Source: Eledone cirrhosa (Eukaryota). Taken from it: 64,000 bases of DNA. Made by a program: the position numbers and the translations under genes. Below are positions 47,064-61,129 of the stretch, in pieces; position 1 is the stretch's first letter; each line of letters starts with the position of its first letter. The stretch covers positions 263,562,001 to 263,626,000 of the forward strand of contig OZ024743.1 in NCBI GenBank assembly GCA_964016885.1, given 5' to 3'. Under the pieces are notes generated by a model. The model worked only from the letters and a program-made list of their open reading frames with translations, did no database searches and had not been told where the DNA came from.

Positions 47064-47098
47064 CCTTAATTTTCGAGATAATATCTCTTCTTCGGAGG
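47064..47098 (-). ncRNA. Minimal type I hammerhead in the Penelope terminal repeat (second copy 48869-48903 + has GAAA->AAAA)
   Basis: CCT-CCGAAGA-A-GAGAT att ATCTC-GAAA-AT-TA-AGG; stem I CCT/AGG, AATT palindrome in stem III. Confidence 0.65.
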
Positions 47099-47414
47099 GA
47101 AGTAAAGGGGTTAATCCAGTGTCCTAATTAGCTTGCCGAATCATGCTGACAGAAAATGGTATAGAGATTCCATTCTATTTCTAATGTCAAAGAGTGAAGG
47201 TTAGGTGGATAAAGAGTTGTCTCCCTTTAAAAGGGGTTTTGTGCATGTATGTTTAAGTGTGTGGGAGAATACGTGAAGGTATATGCATGTGTGTGTGTGT
47301 GTGTGTGTGAGTGTGAGGGGAGATGTTTATATGTAAATGTGGGGGCTAGATGCTCTATCATGTTAAAACTGGTCTTTGTGTGTGTATGTGTGTGTGTGAG
47401 AGAGAATAAGTGGA

Positions 47415-47469
<55 letters not shown>

Positions 47470-47525
47470 TGTGCGTGTGTGAGAGGGGGGTACGTGGGAG
47501 TGTAAGTGTGGGGCTAGGTACTCTA

Positions 47526-47887
47526 TCATGTAAAAAATTGGGTGTTGAGTTCTAGTCTGTTATTGATTGGTGGTTGTGTTTTGTCTATAATCAGTGCTTC
47601 TTTAATTCTAAGATTGCCGAGGTTTCTTTCCTTAGCTTCTATCCTAACTGTTAGGTTTTTGTCGGTGTTTTTGCATTTCACTAGGTGTTTCTTAAATGAA
47701 GAAGCGTTAGTATTGAGGTTTTCTTTTATTCTTATGTGAAGTTGTCTGGTGGTGGTACCTATGTAGAAATTGCTGCATTTGTTGCACTCTAATCTGTATA
47801 CGACGTAAGACTGGTGGCATAGGTCTGTGTCGTTGATGGGGCAGTTGGCTAGCCTATAGCGGCTGTCATGTCTGGTGGAGTGTCTTT
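47526..47887 (-). pseudogene. Penelope GIY-YIG endonuclease, inverted copy
   Basis: VVYRLECNKCSNFYIGTTTRQLHIRIKEN...LRIKEALIIDKTQPPINNRLE. Confidence 0.88.
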
Positions 47888-47888
47888 T

Positions 47889-48443
47889 GGATATCCAACG
47901 TCCACCGCGAACCGTGCCAGAAACAACAGAGGACACCACACCCGAGGCACTAACACCTGCTTCCTGAAACTCCCACACTTGAGTGACGAAACAACAACAG
48001 CTAACCGCAGAGCTATCAGACGAGAGGGACTAGATATCCAACTAGCCCACTCAGGACCTTCTCTACGCGGACAGCTAACCGAAAGACACTCCACCAGACA
48101 TGATATCCGCTGCAGGCTAGCCAACTGCCCCATCAACGACACAGACCTATGCCACCAGGCTTACGTCGTATACAGATTAGTGTGCGACAAATACAGCAAT
48201 TTCTACATAGGTAGCATCACCAGACCACTTCACATAAGAATAACAGAACACCTCAATACTAACGCTTCCTCATTTAAGAAACAGCTAGTGAAATGCAAAA
48301 ACACTGACAAAAACATAACAGTTAGGATAGAAGCTCAGGAAAGAAACCTCGGCAATCTTAGAATTAAATAAGCACTGATTATAGACAAAACACAACCACC
48401 AATCAATAACAGACTAGAACTCAACACCCAAATTTTAACATGA
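47889..48443 (+). pseudogene. Penelope ORF 3' part: RT thumb end (GYP), linker and GIY-YIG endonuclease with a nonsense mutation
   Basis: GYP...LKLPHL...CRLANCP..LC..VVYRLVC..FYIGSITRPLHIRITEH; TAA at 48369-48371 replaces the conserved Glu of (K)EALII. Confidence 0.88.
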
Positions 48444-48508
48444 TAGAGCACCTAGCCCCACACTTACACTCCCACGTGCCCCATCTCTCACACACACACA
48501 CACGCATG

Positions 48509-48542
<34 letters not shown>

Positions 48543-49011
48543 TACACCTCCACTTATTCTCTCTGACACACACATAAACACACAAAGACCAGTTTTAACA
48601 TGATAGAGCATCTAGCCTCCACATTTACATATAGACATATCCTCTCTCACACACAAACATGTACACACATACACACGCATACTTACACCTTCACGTATAC
48701 TCCCACACACTTAAACACACATGTACAAAACCCCTTTTAAAGGGAGACAACTCTTTATCCACCTAACCTTCACTCTTTGACATTAGAAATAGAATGGAAT
48801 TTCTACACCATTTCCTGTCAGCATGACTCAGCAAGCTAATTAGGACACTGGATTAACCCATTTACTTCCCTCCGAAGAAGAGATATTATCTCAAAAATTA
48901 AGGATATTCAAATAAATTTAAGGTAAAAGACAAATTGTCAGCAATATCTTTTGCATTTGTATTTATATTCTATATCCATATCTGCATTGTTTTTGCCTTC
49001 CAACTCCAAAC

Positions 49012-49133
<122 letters not shown>

Positions 49134-49750
49134 TAGAGAGAGAGAGAGAAAGAGAGAGAGGTTTGGGCTTAAGTTTAATATGTTTAGTTCCTTCTGTGTT
49201 GATATTTTATCTTTATATTTTAACCTTTTATTGAGATGTCTAACTTTTTAATTGATATTGGCTACACCTTGATTATAGAGCAGGTTTGGACGGGCTTTGG
49301 TTGCTATGGCTATTGTCTCAATTAGCCTGTAGTATTGTCTTAATATATATATAGTGGAATAGTCGATATGCTATATATTCAAAATTTCCTCTATTTCCAA
49401 ACTTAGTGGGTTGCAGTCTTATTTGCCGACGCCCGACTATGCACAAATTGTACCGGGTTAGATTTTACTAGAAGCGTTGAAGCCCGACCTGACACACACT
49501 CACACATACACACACACATACACACACACACATATATATATATATACATATATATATACATATACATACATTTGATAAGGAGGCGAAACTATAGAATAAC
49601 ATGACTCACTTTTTAGCCTTAATAAAAATGAATATTAGAACACTACTTCGGTATTGAGTACTCCTTTCTCTCAACCGTTAATGACATACGGATATATATA
49701 TATATATTAGAATTGGTGCTCTGAAATAGCGATGTATACATGAATGTATA

Positions 49751-49963
49751 TATAGTATATTTGGCAATATACTGTATGCTTAATTTTGAACAGGCAAAGG
49801 CGAGTGCTAAGCTCTGATGATTACCAACAGTATGAAACAGATCTGTCAGCTTATCTCCCTTTGTTTGTTGAAAAAAGAAGTAAGTGACATAGTCACTACT
49901 TTAAAATAATAGCGCAAGGTCTTCAAAATGTTTTTAATTAAGCATACAGTATATTGCCAAATA

Positions 49964-49970
<7 letters not shown>
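49751..49970 (+). mobile_element. 220-bp element with 35-bp perfect terminal inverted repeats enclosing a hammerhead
   Basis: TATAGTATATTTGGCAATATACTGTATGCTTAATT (49751-49785) and its reverse complement (49936-49970); TA-flanked. Confidence 0.8.
49808..49853 (+). ncRNA. Type I hammerhead ribozyme, canonical core
   Basis: TAAGCT-CTGATGA-tTAC caaca GTAt-GAAA-CAG at CTG-TC-AGCTTA: 6-bp stem I, palindromic stem III (ACAGATCTGT), predicted cleavage after C49847. Confidence 0.8.
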
Positions 49971-50012
<42 letters not shown>

Positions 50013-50130
50013 TTCCCACAATGGTTGACTGAACACCCACGTGCTTCTTCTCCAAGACAATTTCTTTTCCGTTTCTTGCTCTTATTCTGCCAGATCTTTT
50101 TATTTCTTCTATTATTTCTCAATTTATATT

Positions 50131-50159
50131 GTGATGAAGGACTAGCGTCCAAATCGTTA
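50131..50159 (+). ncRNA. Decayed hammerhead-like motif
   Basis: gTGATGA-A-GGAC tagc GTCC-aAAt-CGT-TA inside a TA-flanked ~230-bp element. Confidence 0.4.
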
Positions 50160-50269
50160 TGACTCTTTTCTTATTATATCGAGCGTCGAACTAATACATA
50201 TCCCCATTGTACTCTGTTATTTGCATTCTTGATTTTACTTTACTTTTCGCTTTTATATATATATATACA

Positions 50270-50350
50270 TAGGAAAATGTATGACCCCGACGGCAGAGCT
50301 CAAGCCGTTTCGACGGCTATTTCTGCTGTCGGGGTCATTCATTTTCATAT
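50270..50350. mobile_element. Family C small fold-back
   Basis: ATGACCCCGACGGCAGA...TCTGCTGTCGGGGTCAT inverted arms between TA runs. Confidence 0.7.
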
Positions 50351-51802
50351 ATATACCTGTATGTGTGTTTGTATTTGGGTGTACGTATGTATATAAGTAG
50401 TTTTGTATACATGTGTAGTTATGTCGCCTTTTCACATATGTATAGAAACATTTACATCAAACATAAACGAGCTGATGATGGTTTTTACTTCTATAATTTG
50501 GAAGTTGGTGAAGCAAGAGGAATGGTACATTGCCAGAACATATATTTAAATGTACTTGGGTATTTCCTTTCTTTTTAATGTTTAATTCAACGCGCACATC
50601 AAATTTGAGTTACATTTTCCTCCCTCAGAGGTCATTAATACACGGGAGATTAGAATCTAATTTATACACATTCCGTAAAAATTATTATTTTTCAAACAAT
50701 ATCTTATCGTTTTTACACAGATTAAAACTAGCGATGTTATAAACTTTTGTCTATATTATTATATTATACATTATATTCGTCAGTATGTCAGAAGAAAATG
50801 AAAGACCGAGAAATTTATCTTATTTTAACTTACAGGGATTCATGGTATCTGAATTTATACGAATTATTCGTTTTACATTAAAATATTCTTACCAAATCGA
50901 AAATCAGCTGCCTTATTAATAATAAGGTACTGTCAGAAGCTCTAGGAAAACAGATTAAACAGTTTTGCTTATACAAGTGATATGTAAAATAATCATTACA
51001 ACTATTAATCCCCCAAAAGAAAAAAATCAGCTCATTCGTTCGTTTGATAATACTGAAATGATCTTCTTGTGGGGGAATATGTACTGGTCTGAGGTGAAAT
51101 AATATCACGTTATCGATACTTATTAGTGATGAACTTTTGACACTAGTGCTGAAATATGTGTTTCTTTGAAGCCTAACTGGGAATAAATATAAAGCAAGAA
51201 TATGAATTAAGAAGCATACAAAATCTAAATTTCAGTACCTACATATCACAGCCATAATCCCCTTAAATGGTAATGAAGTGAACTGGCAGAGTTGCCAAAG
51301 AGATATGGATTATGGTTTTCTACAAGGTGCGTTGAAAACCACGGAGATTACCTTTCCTGCCCAGCTTTTCTCGGTCCATAAATAAAGTATGAATCAAGGA
51401 GAGTAGATTAGAGAAATTGCTAAAAAATATAAATGTTGTAACTGTTAAGGCGATATCTGTTCTGAATTGAAATTCCACGTCCTGTGAACGCGAAAATGCT
51501 GACATAAGCCTGGGGCCACTAATTTTATATATCCCGAATGTATCCTATATAACGCAGTATTAAAGGATGCCAGCTAAACTTTCACAGGTGTGAGTATAAG
51601 TGGTTGGTGATTAGAACAATCTGTTTCCATTATCTATTTAATGCTAGTGTGGTTGATGAAAACTTTGTGATATTTAGTTACGTTCCTTTACGTTCCCAGG
51701 TAAAATCTCACAGAACTAAATTTTACAATTCATTTTCTCGAAAAAAAAAACAAAAAATAAAACAGAGTAATGTACTGAAGTCGACTTATCTCTCTCTCTA
51801 TA

Positions 51803-51922
<120 letters not shown>

Positions 51923-51983
51923 TATATATATATATATAACTCTCTCTATATATATGTACATGTATACATATATATATATATAT

Positions 51984-52118
51984 AAAATTGAGTATAACAC
52001 ATTTATTACATAGCAATAGCATGTGTCATATTATGGGACAACTTGTATATATATATAAAATTGACTATAACGTATTTATTACATAGCAATAGCATGTGTC
52101 ATATTATGGGACAACTTG
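51984..52118. repeat. 73-bp tandem duplication bounded by (TA)n
   Basis: AAAATTGA(G/C)TATAAC...GGGACAACTTG at 51984 and 52057. Confidence 0.85.
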
Positions 52119-52150
<32 letters not shown>

Positions 52151-52445
52151 TTCGTGTGCATGTGTTAAGCAGATTTGAATTTTGAATGTATGTTAGCTTA
52201 TTTTAAACTGCCATTCCACAGGTTTATCTATAAAATAATCGGACAATTTGTGTGTATAACCCTTCCTAGACAAAGCAAATTTCCATTGTCTCTTTCTCCC
52301 GTCATTTATATACCTAATATTTCATACTATTTTACCGTTAAACAATGTTGTTGGCAGCTTTTGTAAGCTAACATACACTCCTATGGATCCATATGCGTGT
52401 GTATATGTACATATACATATAATATAACATAATATAATATAACAT

Positions 52446-52620
52446 AATTGTTTCTACTTTTGGCACCAGGCCAGCAATTATCCCAGTGCATTACTGGTAC
52501 TTTATTTTATCGACCCCGAAGGATGAAAGGCAAAGTTAACCTCAGTGGGATTTGAACTCAGATCATAAAGGGAGGTAACTCTATGCTTCAAAGCATGGCG
52601 CCCGACCCTCTACCGATACT
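52446..52620 (-). mobile_element. SINE family A copy in an (ATAAT)n tract
   Basis: Collinear with 28334-28511. Confidence 0.85.
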
Positions 52621-52681
52621 ATAATATAACATAATGTAATATAATATATATGCCTACACAGAAACACACACGCTCACACAG

Positions 52682-52751
<70 letters not shown>

Positions 52752-52863
52752 CATGCTCACAAACATACACACACATATATATTCATATAATGATTTAAAA
52801 CAATTCTTCTCTGTTATTCTTTCCACATTACAATTAGCTTTTAGTTGTTATTGGGAGTTTGTG

Positions 52864-52934
<71 letters not shown>

Positions 52935-53594
52935 GGGAAGAGAGAGCGAGAAAGAGAGAGAGAGGAAGAGAGAGTAAGTGGTAGATTTTCATATGAAACC
53001 TTGTAATTGATATATACTTGTGCTGACTGAGAGAGGAGAAGCGGGTGTGTAAATCGGATCTCGTTATCTACTTCACAAGAGCACAATCTCTGTAGGGTTT
53101 CCCAATATCTGTTTCATTTATTATAAAGTAGGGTTTCATATATTTCACGTCTACAGTGGCTTGAAAATCTTTTAATAATTGAGATTATACATGCTATTAT
53201 AATATACAATCTTACTCTACTGTCAACTAAGTAAGGCTTAATGAGACCGAAATAATATCGTTACTTTCAGCAGTTAGTTAAATATCAGACCCACTCAGAT
53301 TCTGTATTTTCTTTACTTACCCAAATTTCAATTGATTTTATTGGATTATCTCCCTTGAATGTTATTTTCAACCGTGTTTTTGCATTGCTTGGAATTCAAG
53401 CTGTTATTATTTTTTCAGCTCCCTATCTTACCCATGTGAGCCTCTTTAGTCAAAAATGAAATAGAAACCTCTGACAGTTTATGGAATAATGTTCCAAATA
53501 TTTCATCAACAAAATTCTCTTCTCATTGAATAAGCATGTAAGAGGCTTAGTACTCTACAGAAAAGTGTGCCGTTAACATAAAAGTCAGGCATTA

Positions 53595-53950
53595 TTCTGA
53601 GTTCAAATCCCGCCGAGGTCAGCTTTGCCTTTCATCCTTACGGGGTCGATAAAATAAAGTACCAGTAATGTACTGAGTAATTGCTGGCCTTGTGCCAAAA
53701 GTAGAAACAATTATTAGCAATACACAGGACGGTAGATTGGCAGTATCGTTAGATTGTCGGACATAATGCTTTGCAGCATATAGCCACGGCCCTTTACATT
53801 CTGTGTTCAAATCCCACTGAAGTTAGCTTTGCCTTTCATCCTTACAGGGTTGATAAAATAAAACAACAGTAATGCACTGAGATCGATTTAATCGACTTTC
53901 CCCTCCCTTTTCAAATTGCTGGCCTAGTGCCTGAAGTAGAAACAATTATT
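53595..53950 (+). mobile_element. Two tandem SINE family A copies (truncated 53595-53715; full-length 53727-53950)
   Basis: Core and tail occur twice; AGCAATACACA is duplicated at 53716-53726 and 53951-53961 (TSD of the second copy). Confidence 0.85.
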
Positions 53951-55250
53951 AGCAATACACAATGTGTGATAAGACTGGTCCATTGAATTACAGGTACAAT
54001 CCACGCGCCTCGCAAAAACAGATTACAGGGCTTAGCTCGAGCCGAAGCTATAACAAAAGACTGTTGCCCAACAAGTTACAGAACGAGTTTCTTAACCATT
54101 TGGTCATGTCTGATATTCATATATTTGTACTTAGTATGCAGAACATTCTTCTGAGGTATTTTCTCTCAGTAACCTTTTGACAATTTCGCCGCCAGAAATG
54201 TAGTGAACCAGTTATTATTTCGTTGAAAGCCTGTAACCAGCGACGCTATTATACGCATATATTATATAAAATACATGAATGAATGCGTAAACAAACAAAT
54301 GAGCCCTTGATGATCTGCTACATTGTATGGTTATGATTCTCCGTTATAGTCATTGTTATTGCTTTATTGCAGTGAATATTCTTTCGCAGAGTATGACACA
54401 GCCTTTTCCACACCCCAAATTAAAGCTTTGTGTTCGTTGGGAAGAGATATCAATATTTCTTTTTCATACATTACATTTCGTAATTTATATTTTGAATTTC
54501 ACTTATTTTTCAATTCATGATTTTGCAATAAAATATGAACTATAGAATTATAAAGTTAAATAAAATTTAAAGAAATCGATCGTTCAAACAGGACATTGAA
54601 TTGGAATAGCCCTCTAAGCATCTAGTAGTTGTTTCATTCAAAATTTCCTTTAAGATACAGAAATAAAAAGAAAAAAGTGGGGAAGAGAATGCATCAGAAA
54701 AAACAAAGAGAGAAATGAAGAGATATGGAGAGTGAAAGAGAGATCGAAAGAATGAAAGAGAGAGGGGGATAATACGTTCAATTACAGATAAAATCTTTAC
54801 TCTCCCGTCAAACTATGACTCAATAATGAAACATTTTAAGGTCAAATATTTAAGGCGTTTTCCAAAATATCAACTTGAATAAAAACATTTTTTAAAACTA
54901 TTCTTTGCCCATGTAAGTCTGCATGCTATTTCCGGATACGATAAGGTTTCTATAATATTACTTCCGTACTTTTTGTCATAAAATAGCATTAGATTTAGTT
55001 GTTCGGCAAAAAGAAATCACGGAACGAAAATAAATTGCTTTCCTATGAACAGATATTAATCCTTTAAGATATTGAGAAGAAATACAAAACAATTAGTAAT
55101 AATCCTAGTTTTTGTTATTTTGTTCTATTTTTCTTCCCATTATATTTTAATTGATTTTTAATTTTCATTTCCTTTAAATTTATTTGTCTATTATAAAAGT
55201 GAGGCCAGGTGAAGAAAGAATATTGAATATGAAATAGTGTCTGTCTGTCA

Positions 55251-55290
<40 letters not shown>

Positions 55291-55291
<1 letters not shown>

Positions 55292-55465
55292 AGCTCAAGC
55301 CGTTTCGACGGCTATTTCTGGACTCAGCGTCCAGAAATAGCCGTCGAAACGGCTTGAGCTTGCCGTCGGGGTTAAACATTTTCCTATTACCCACTCTACT
55401 ACTCTAAGTATTGAGTACTCTGGTGCGTTATGGTCTATCTGGTTCCTTACCACACCTCCTTCGTT
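55291..55465 (+). mobile_element. Family C fold-back element
   Basis: ~31-bp perfect hairpin arms around a TCAGC loop, then the same tail as 35815-35893; flanked by (CT)n. Confidence 0.75.
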
Positions 55466-57673
55466 CTCTCTCTATATATATTTATATATATCTGCTGGAA
55501 TGTTGAAGTGCTTAAGGGGTTCGCTTCTCAATCAAGAGATCCCAAGTTCCATCATACTACATGGCACCAACATCAAGGGCCTTATACCGCTAATTCGGAT
55601 GACCCAAACCTAGTGTATTGACTCGGGTGACGGAAATTGTGTGAAAGCCCGTCGGACAGACTCTCTTCTTGTAATTAAAAGTTCCTCCCAGCTTTCTTGC
55701 ACTGTGTCACTTTGGTTCTATTTGAGAAGTTCTTTAAGGATACACGTGTTTGTGAGATACTCAACCATTTACACGTTATTTCTCGCATTGCACATTCAGT
55801 TAATGGAGCAGCTGAAGGATTATTTACAGCTTAATTGAAAGAGAACGCAGACCAAACAGTTGGTCACACTAAAGTCATCGTCGATGGGAGATTTAACATA
55901 AACATATAAATCTACTATGTTTGTTATTTAAATCCCAAATAACCCAGTCTATGTAAATAAGGTAAAACACATGTAGAAATGAATTACTCCCAATTAACGA
56001 CAATAGTATAGAACCAAATTAAATATTACATAATGCCTTTTTTTAATTTATTACCCGCATCTCCCTCCAATATACGAATATATAGGGACAGTTTTTTACG
56101 GTTTTATATAAAGTTTAACATAATAGCTATGGTAAATTGTTATTGTTTAGCTCAGTCCTGATCCTGCAGTCAAATGATAAATTTCCAATTGTGATGATCA
56201 GATCTCTCCCTCTCTCCACCCGTCAATCTCTTTATTAATTTCGAGACTACAGCAAATTTATTCATTCACTTTTAGAATTGTATGCTGTGATTTGGAGAAC
56301 ATTTTACAGTTAGTTTTAACAATATAGCTTCTAACCAATGTTCTATGATTAAGCATTCGTTTTGCAAATTGCCACCAGCTGGCAAGTGTCTTTTGTCGAC
56401 CAATGAATTCAGAGTGAAATTCCGCTCTGCTTAACACCCCCGTCCGTAATTTGGCAATATTTTGCAAGGATTCGGACAAGATTTCTATTATTTCTATTGC
56501 TTCTGATGCTTGCTCAAAACAGTAAAGTGCATTAACCTATCATCACATATTTATGGTATGACATAGAGGAATGGAAGGACAAGACTTTGGAGACCAGAAG
56601 TAGAAACTAATATCCTATAAACAGTAATCATCAATAGTAAGAGTATTGTGTTCTGGCATTGGTATGCGTAGATGGCACATGTCATTAGTACTGCTAAAGA
56701 TAGAAGTACATACCAGTAGAATCTTCAGAATATTCCACATGACAGAAAGCAGAAAATTGTAACACGGAACAGTTGTGCCAACCGGAGGAGGGGGGGGGGT
56801 TCTATAGGCTATCGTGAATGACTGGCTGCATAATAGACTTTCCAAAAGAGGAAAATCACCAAGATATCGTCATCTAGATTGTTGGTTTGAAACAAGATTT
56901 AGTACTCCACTCCAATTCTTTAAAATAATTAATTTTGAGTTCATGTTACCATATGAGAAGCCGTCTCTACAATATTGAGAAGTATATCAGTTTAGATTGA
57001 GGGAAGCTGGATCTAGCGGAATAGGAAGAAAATGAGCATCATAAGACTGAAGTATCTTTCATACAACAGGTTTCCTATAATCAAATAATTAAAAAGGCGT
57101 CAGCAGAAGAACACTCAGACGGCCTCGCCCACTGCCGAGTATAAGGAGTTAATGATGGAAACGCTTGTAAGTGTGTGTGTGTGACGGAGAGAGTGGGGGA
57201 GGGGTCTTCTTTTCTGACAAAATTCTGCTATCCAGCTCTCCTAATACTTTTACAGCTGCAAACTTTAGGGAGGTCGGATTGTCGATTAAATTAATCCAGT
57301 ACTTGACAGTATATTTTCTCGAAGCCGGAAAGATGAAAGTCGAAGTTAAAATCGGCAGTAGTAAGTAAAGACAAATAACGAAATATATGTTACCCGACCG
57401 TATAAAGAATCTACATCACACTATCAATTGTGATAAACAGATAACAACGTTATTTTCTTACAAGAAGTAAAAAAGGATCATATATATATATTTATGGAGA
57501 TTAATAGAAATGTTGTACGTTCATACTTTTCTGGGAGCATTAGTGGGAGATGTGAAAGAAATTTACTTCTACCGGTAATTGTAACCGCCTGGCATTTTCG
57601 GCTGAAGTCTAATACTTTTATAAAGGCATCCTACATAATATGAAGGTAACGAGATACAGTATATTATTTATTT

Positions 57674-57784
57674 GAGTTCAAATCCCGCCGAGGTTGACTT
57701 TGCCTTTCATCCTTTCGGGGTCGATAAAATAAAGTACCAGTAATACACTGGGTAATTGCTGGCCTTGTGCCTAACGTAGAAACA
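57674..57784 (+). mobile_element. 5'-truncated SINE family A
   Basis: GAGTTCAAATCCCGCCGAGGTTGACTTTGCCTTTCATCCTTTCGGGGTCGATAAAATAAAGTACCAG; ATTATTTATTT on both sides. Confidence 0.85.
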
Positions 57785-59544
57785 ATTATTTATTTACACT
57801 TTCGGTGTGAAAGAACATGATTTAGTGGTCAGCTCGTTTGGTTTACGATCATAAGGTCGAAGATTTGATCCCCAGTCCAGGTGAATGACTTGTGTTGTTC
57901 CAAGTTTATGATGTTCCAGTTTACTCTGTTAAAAATGAGTACAGCAGCTGTGGGTTAAACATAACCGCATTGTTGTTTGGCTCAGTCGGGCACTCTCAGT
58001 CGCTTAACAGCTAGGAAAACAAGGTAAGCTCCGGCCTTCATCCATCTGCACAAACATGGGAAAAATGATAACTTTCGAAAGTAGTGCGGCACAAAATGAC
58101 TTATAGTATAACCACGTTCAAATCTCATCAGAGTCAACTTTATTTTACGAAATCAATAAAATAGAATACCGCCTTTATAATTCATCCTTTTGAGGGATGA
58201 TAAAATGAAGTAACAATGAAGCATCTGAGTTCGATTAAAATTACCATAGCTTCTACCGAAATTTGTGGCCTTTTGCATTTCGTTGTAAGGAATAATGTAT
58301 TTACTCTTTGAATAATATACAGAAATTGAACGCCAAATATATTGAAATATAACTTGATACAGAATATATTGAGAGGAAAATGTTGAAATATAAAAGATTA
58401 AAGAAAGTTGTAGGAATCTTGTAAAATGCTAAAATACAAGATGGAATAATCTGTTGAATAATGCAGAATGAGACGGAGAAAATTTCAAAGTAACAGGAAA
58501 ATCTAGAAATAAATTTGCTAAATATAATGGAATAGAAACGGAACTTTATAGATGATACTCATTGATGAATAAGATTAAAGGTTTACTATCGGTGTGAGAA
58601 AATTAAAAGTGGCTAGAATAAAATTCGTATTTCAATAGAAGAAATTGTCTTCAGTATCAGAAAGAAAGGAGTAAATAAGACCGGATCAATCACATTAAAA
58701 CCTTTGACTGATAATCACTTCATACCTAGTGATTTTAATCTGTGATACTTAAAGAGTACGTGTGGACGTTTAATGATGATCTATGTTAGAATTGATAAGT
58801 CGGCTGTCAATTGAGGATGTAAAGTTAGCTAGAAACCTTTAATTGAACAGTGGAAGGGAGGAGGCGATAAATATTTCATGGAGAGTAGAATGCGATGGGT
58901 GTAGAAAGAATTGGGATGATTAACAAGCTTGCAACTTTGTGTTGAGAGAGAGAGAGGGGGGGGGAGATTAAGAGTTGGGTAGATAGAGAGAGGGTGGGAA
59001 ACATAGATATGTAGATAGATAGATAGAGTGAGAGAGGGAGGGAAAGATAGCTAGACAGATAGCTACATCGATAGAAATAAATAAAGATATATATATAAAG
59101 AGAGAGAGAGAGAGAGAAAGTAAGGAAATGGATTATAGTATAGGATGTTAGGAGTGTTTTGTATGACTAGTGTCATGAATTATTTCTGTTTCGAATTCAA
59201 ATACATAACTCTATAATGGAAAGAAGTAATACACCTAGATGCTGTTGTTGCTATTGTTGTTTAGCCATAGGCCACCTCGTCCATGTCGGCTTATAGCCAG
59301 GGACATTTCAATCTTGCTATTCTAAGGAAGTTATTAGTTTTCAAACGTATTGTATATAGAAATACATTATCAATTATATCTATCCGTGACGTTTAAGGGA
59401 GATATGACAGCTATTTCTAGCATATAAAGTGACCAGACTGAGGTTCCATGAGTTTGCGATGGTAGTCTGTCAGGCTACCGAATTATGGCTTTATAATAAA
59501 ATAGCAAATACTGAGAAATACTACTGATGATCTATGTCGGTAAT

Positions 59545-59767
59545 AAAGGTTCCTGGTTTAAGCACAAGGCCATCACCTTTACGGGAGGAGACAATCGATT
59601 TAAATTGAACCCCGGACGTTACTGGTAGGTTATTTTATCAACCCAGTAAGGTTGAAAGGCAAACTTAACCTCGGCGGGATTTGAAATCAGAACGTAAAGG
59701 GGCGTAACTCTATGCCGCGAAGCTTGGTGTCCTACGCTCTATTGATACTGCCAAACCATCACCCTGG
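59545..59767 (-). mobile_element. SINE family A, full length
   Basis: Head, core and tail collinear with the other copies. Confidence 0.8.
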
Positions 59768-60944
59768 GTGTCAATAATAATACAAAGAATTCAAACACCA
59801 GAATAGATGTTATGGCACAAGGAAGAACCTCGCCATGACATATCCTTTATTGAACTTGAAAATCTGAATAATGTGAGTGTCCTGAACCTAGGAATTAATG
59901 TAATAACAGTCGATTTCTACAGATGATAGTTGAGAATATTTAGTAAAATTACCCGTAGAAGCGAGAAAATATGGACAGATGCACCTATGTGGAACCGAAC
60001 CCCGCGAATCCCTATGGTTCTATGATTTGTAGCTTGTCACCAGTAACTTAGTGTACCTCTCCACGATAATTACATTTTCGCATGGTTCATTACTTTAATG
60101 CACTTTACTGCCATCAAATACCATGGAAGATGCAGGTAATATCTGTATGCAACAAGGGCACTATGGAATTGACTAACATATAGGTAAAATTACAGTTGTG
60201 AGTTAAATTAATGTAATTTTGGAGGATAAATAAGATTAATGCCATTTTAAAAGGTATTGCCTTGATGTCCATTTTCTAGGTTTCCAGGGCTGATGATTAA
60301 GGGAAATGCTTTTTAACTAGGAGCAGTTCTGAAGCCAATGCTGACAATAAAGTAAAGTTCATTAAAAAAAAAAATCACCCAGGATCACGGTGGTGATGTA
60401 AATATCTCCGATAGATTAAGATTCCTCCCAAGGAACAATAAGTTTTCCGTCGATGAGCTTCCACTCAGTTTGCGTCTTCCAAATCTCATTCAGTTTCACA
60501 AGGCTTTGGTTAAACCGAGGTTTTGGTAGAATTAACTTATCCAATTGTATTGTACTGAAACTAAGTCGTTGTGAATAAACTTCATAACATTACAGAGATG
60601 CCAACGCCAGGAAAATGTTAGGTATGCTGAGTTCACTATTCCACTATAAGTTAAGGGCCGAAACACTCGCTTGAGGGGGGGGGGGGGCGTTCTTCTCTGA
60701 AAACCGTCTGCAATCCAGCTCTCCTGAGATTTTCTTACCACTTTGAAAGTTAACGCGAAGAATTCTGTAATATTGCTTTTGCTGACTCTTTTATGAATTC
60801 TATAATCTTTAAATTCATATTCCATTTTTCTTTTGCCATGTTTCTAGTAGGATGCTTTGTTTGTAAATTGTTGTAATTAACGTTATGTTATAAGAACGCC
60901 GAGAAAGAAAAAAATGTCCATGGTATCAATATTATAGGTTTATA

Positions 60945-61129
60945 GGGCGGTGAATTGGCAGTATCGGTGGAGGGTCGGCCGCCATGCTTTCCAGCATAAT
61001 TACGTCCCTTTACAGTCTGAGTTCAAATCCCGTCGAGGTTAACTTTGCCTTTCATCCTTACGGGGTCGATAAAATAAAGTACCAGTAATGTACTGGATCA
61101 TTACTGGCCTTGTGCCAAAAGTAGAAACA
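60945..61129 (+). mobile_element. SINE family A, full length with approximate TSD
   Basis: GGGCGGTGAATTGGCAGTATCGG head, GAGTTCAAATCCC B-box and core; flanked by ATTATAGGTTTATA / ATTATAGATTTACA. Confidence 0.88.

Noticed and set aside
53002-53086. Hammerhead candidate on the minus strand (TTGTGCT-CTTGTGA...GTC-AGCACAA)
   Set aside because: Stem I and GUC are present, but the core is broken and GAAA is missing.
60945-61035. tRNA gene
   Set aside because: A/B boxes belong to the SINE head; no cloverleaf, and the SINE core follows.
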